Assembly: GCA_030704615.1 (NCBI GenBank)
Contig: JAKLZA010000009.1
Span: forward strand, 1-64,000
Length of the DNA stretch: 64,000 nucleotides
DNA from: Takakia lepidozioides
Lineage: Eukaryota > Plantae > Bryophyta
Direction: 5' to 3'
The notes under the pieces were generated by a model. It had not been told where the DNA came from, did no database searches, and saw only the letters and a list, made by a program, of their open reading frames with translations. Below, piece by piece: positions 61,059 through 64,000 of this stretch (positions within the stretch are counted from its first letter, which is position 1; the number at the start of each line of letters is the position of its first letter). The translations under genes were made by a program, and so were the position numbers.

Positions 61059-64000
61059 ATGAGTGATGAAAGAGAAGCTAGACGACAAAGATATTCATCA
61101 AAAAGAGAAAGCTATCTGAAAGCTAATTATCCATATCTTTGGGAGAGAGGAATAGACATAGGGGAATCATCTGGACCTCTCACACCATCAAGATCAAAAA
61201 GTGCATCACCTATACCGGAAGAACTAGAGTTGGATGCCACTCCTTCTGTTTCTTTGCAAGAAAGATTAAGGGAATTGGTACAGGAAGAAGATCAATCACG
61301 AGGTGAAAGATCTGAGGTACATCCTTGGATAAAAGACTTGACAGAAATCTTTGATAAGAGTTGGCATGGAACACCAAAAGCAGGAACTCCAGTTTCTGAA
61401 GCAGAAGATGAAGAAGGAGATGAGGATGTGGCAGAGCCAACGGAGAGTTCAGACTCTCCAACACCATTACAGTTGAGTTACATGAGTGAAGAAGAAACCC
61501 AAGGGCAGAACTTGGAGGATGAAAACAGAGAGAAGAAATTAGAAGAGGAAGAATATGAAGAAGTAGACCCAACAGCTGAGGTTGAGACTACAACCAGGAC
61601 ATCCCAACCCGTTGGACCTGGATCAAGTGGAGCACTTGGATCACAGGCCAACGAAGGTGTCGGCTCAGGGGGATCAGGCGGGCTGCCTGGATCTGGCTCT
61701 GGGGGGACAGGGAGTGTGGGAAGTAGTGCAACTGAAGCTGGGAATACTGTGAATATCGTGGGGCCAGAAGCAGGGAGTGCTCAAGGGCCACCACTTGGTG
61801 GAAGATCCACCACAAAAACAACAGGTCCAGAAGGACCAGCACCAGCAAGGGTGCCAGCACCTGTCAGTGGGCAGAAGGTAGGGCCACAGATGGCGTTACA
61901 ACCAACACGGGCAAAACCACCCTTTCCAATATATTCAGGAAAAGGGGATCCCGATGTACACATTAGCCAATTTGAGCACATGTGTATAGTGAACAATGAG
62001 AATGGCGATGATGCCAAGATGAGACTGTTTCCTTGTTCACTTATCAAGAAAGCAAGTGAATGGTATGCAAGATTCCCTGATAATCATTTCCTAACCTGGA
62101 ATGGCTTGAATACAGCATTTCGAAATAGGTTCAGGACAAGTAAAACTGAGGATGAAGTGTATGGAAGTTTACAACAGCTGAAGCAGAAGAAGCATGAAAC
62201 TGTTGAAGAGTATATGGAGAAGATGGAATTGATGATGAAAAAGCTGGCTGCAGTACCAGCACCCGGTTTACAGAAGACTTGGTTTGTGAGTGGACTAAGA
62301 CCAGAGTTGCAGAAGAAAGTGGATATGTTACCCCATAATACAGTGGAGGAGGCATTTGAAACTGCAAACAGAATTGAGCAATTGGGAATGCTCAGGAGAG
62401 AGAAAAAGGAAGATGAGGACTCTGAAGATGAGTCAGATGAAGAAGAAGAGCAAGAACTAAAAAGAAAGAGTAAGAGAAAGGAAAAGTTGAAGAGGGATAA
62501 CTATGAGAAAAGATTGGAAGAAATCTTGAAGAAGTATGCCACAGAGGCTGCAACACATTGGAGGAAGGGTGTATGGTGTGCAAAGTGCCAGAATGAAGGC
62601 CATACCACTACAGAATGCCACATGAAAGAGAAACACTGTACTATCTGTAAAATGGATAACCATTCTACTGAGAATTGTTACTACAACAGAAGGACAGCTG
62701 CAAGAGAACCTAGGCAAGTGAGGGTGCATCAGGTGCAGCCCCAGCCAAGAAGAAGCAATGATCAGGACCACTATGGTAGGTCTGGTGGTTATAACAATGG
62801 CATGGAAGGGAGAGGTAATCCAAGAGGGAATTACCAAGGAAATTCCAGAGGCAACTATCAGGGTAATCCAAGGGGGAATTACCAGCCCGGGAATCAGGAT
62901 TATAGAAATAATCCAAGACCAGACCAAGGGCGAGGACCCAATGGTGAAGAGCTATGTTACTATTGTAATCAGCCAGGACATCGCAAGGCAGCCTGTTCAT
63001 TCTGGATAAGACACCAGAATGAGATGAGAGCTCCTGTGAATGAGGGCCCAGTGGTGGCAGCTCACATGGTTAGGCCATGTGTTGTACCAGAAGTAAGTAC
63101 AATGATAGTAACAAGAAGTAAAGCCAAACTAATACCTCCAGTAGAAGAGGAAGAAGATGAGACTGGAAGTGGCAATGATATGCCTGAAGATGAAGAGACT
63201 TGGAAGGATGAGAAGGAACTGCACAAGGAAGTGGCAGATACTATAAGGGAAATGCAAAAGAGTACTGATATTCCTGTGGCAGATTCCTCTGATTCGGATG
63301 GAGAAAAAGAGGGGAGTGAGGAAGAAAGGAAAAAAAAAGATGCAGACATGCAAAGTAATGAAGAGACTTTGGCTGAAGTAATATGTCAGACCAAAGCAGA
63401 AATTACCATTGGACAGCTATTAGCTGTGGCACCTTATTGTAGGCACAGGCTGTATCAGGCAATCAATCGAATTGCCCAAGAGACAGGAAACACAGACCTG
63501 AACAGCAAGGTGACCAGTTATAATGTGAAGCCGGAAGGGCGAGAACCAGTCATGGACTTTGATGATTCTATGCCAGTAATCCAATTGAGAATTGGAAGCA
63601 CAGAACTAACTGATGTACTGATAGATGGTGGTTCTGGAGTAAATATCATGACAGACCAATTAAGGAAGAAGCTTGGTCTAAGTAACATGAAACCAGCCCC
63701 ATTTACAGTAACAATGGCAGATCAAAGAAGTGTACAGCCATTGGGATTAATAAGAGGAGTTAAGATACAGATACAGAAAATGATCTTTATGATCACAGTA
63801 ACTGTATTAAAAATGGATGAAGTCATGGAGGCTTACTCCTTATTATTGGGACGTCCGTGGCTGAAACAGGCCAGGGTATTCCATGACTGGAATTCTCAGT
63901 TACTAACTGTGCATAATGGGATGCACGAGATACAAATTACCACAAAGAAATCTAGTAGATTACCTGCTACAAGAAGACCTCGAGGAGTCAGAGAGTATGA
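61059..64000 (+). CDS. gag-pol polyprotein, apparently a single open frame (Gag plus protease visible), truncated by the window end
   Basis: Lacks the three indels that break copy 1 (at ~61349, ~62221, ~63050). The frame from ATG 61059 is consistent with the protease frame at 64000. Confidence 0.85.
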   Translation, partial: MSDEREARRQRYSSKRESYLKANYPYLWERGIDIGESSGPLTPSRSKSASPIPEELELDATPSVSLQERLRELVQEEDQSRGERSEVHPWIKDLTEIFDKSWHGTPKAGTPVSEAEDEEGDEDVAEPTESSDSPTPLQLSYMSEEETQGQNLEDENREKKLEEEEYEEVDPTAEVETTTRTSQPVGPGSSGALGSQANEGVGSGGSGGLPGSGSGGTGSVGSSATEAGNTVNIVGPEAGSAQGPPLGGRSTTKTTGPEGPAPARVPAPVSGQKVGPQMALQPTRAKPPFPIYSGKGDPDVHISQFEHMCIVNNENGDDAKMRLFPCSLIKKASEWYARFPDNHFLTWNGLNTAFRNRFRTSKTEDEVYGSLQQLKQKKHETVEEYMEKMELMMKKLAAVPAPGLQKTWFVSGLRPELQKKVDMLPHNTVEEAFETANRIEQLGMLRREKKEDEDSEDESDEEEEQELKRKSKRKEKLKRDNYEKRLEEILKKYATEAATHWRKGVWCAKCQNEGHTTTECHMKEKHCTICKMDNHSTENCYYNRRTAAREPRQVRVHQVQPQPRRSNDQDHYGRSGGYNNGMEGRGNPRGNYQGNSRGNYQGNPRGNYQPGNQDYRNNPRPDQGRGPNGEELCYYCNQPGHRKAACSFWIRHQNEMRAPVNEGPVVAAHMVRPCVVPEVSTMIVTRSKAKLIPPVEEEEDETGSGNDMPEDEETWKDEKELHKEVADTIREMQKSTDIPVADSSDSDGEKEGSEEERKKKDADMQSNEETLAEVICQTKAEITIGQLLAVAPYCRHRLYQAINRIAQETGNTDLNSKVTSYNVKPEGREPVMDFDDSMPVIQLRIGSTELTDVLIDGGSGVNIMTDQLRKKLGLSNMKPAPFTVTMADQRSVQPLGLIRGVKIQIQKMIFMITVTVLKMDEVMEAYSLLLGRPWLKQARVFHDWNSQLLTVHNGMHEIQITTKKSSRLPATRRPRGVREY

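Larger units (their letters stand above)
59458..64000 (+). mobile_element. Second copy of the Gypsy family (5' LTR 59458-60449, PBS 60452-60469), runs off the window
   Basis: Near-identical to 10789-15380. Confidence 0.96.

Overview
Eukaryotic, intron-containing, transposon-saturated DNA. It is most likely from a seed-free land plant such as a moss; this is inferred from the element types. No ordinary host gene could be supported. Two layers are nested. (1) Four related Mutator/MULE-like TIR DNA transposons (A: <1-25087; D/E: 28064-31870 plus 41285-44517; B: 31871-41284; C: 45907-~52813). Each carries a large spliced gene with an N-terminal ParB/Sulfiredoxin-like domain (VWDGNHRLLAW). Where the 3' half is present (A, C, D), it encodes a C-terminal beta-class N6A/N4C DNA-methyltransferase-like domain with an atypical DIPDG motif IV. 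A and B also carry a DDE/SWIM transposase. Each element is studded, in its non-coding DNA including introns, with 20-bp palindromes on a shared scaffold GAA-N3-CG-N4-CG-N3-TTC. The N3 triplet is lineage-specific (ATG in A, ATT/ATC in B/C, TGN in D/E), and copies are often spaced at integral helical turns (53, 85, ~96 bp). This looks like a transposon-encoded ParB/parS-like protein-plus-site system and is the main candidate novel system. (2) Ty3/Gypsy non-chromovirus LTR retrotransposons: a complete element (10789-24354, TSD TCCCT) inside transposase A, a second copy from 59458 with an apparently open gag-pol, and older fragments. Gene D/E was cut and half-inverted by a transposition event that left an inverted 8-9 bp TSD. 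Most coding sequences carry stops or frameshifts; some single-base indels could be assembly errors.
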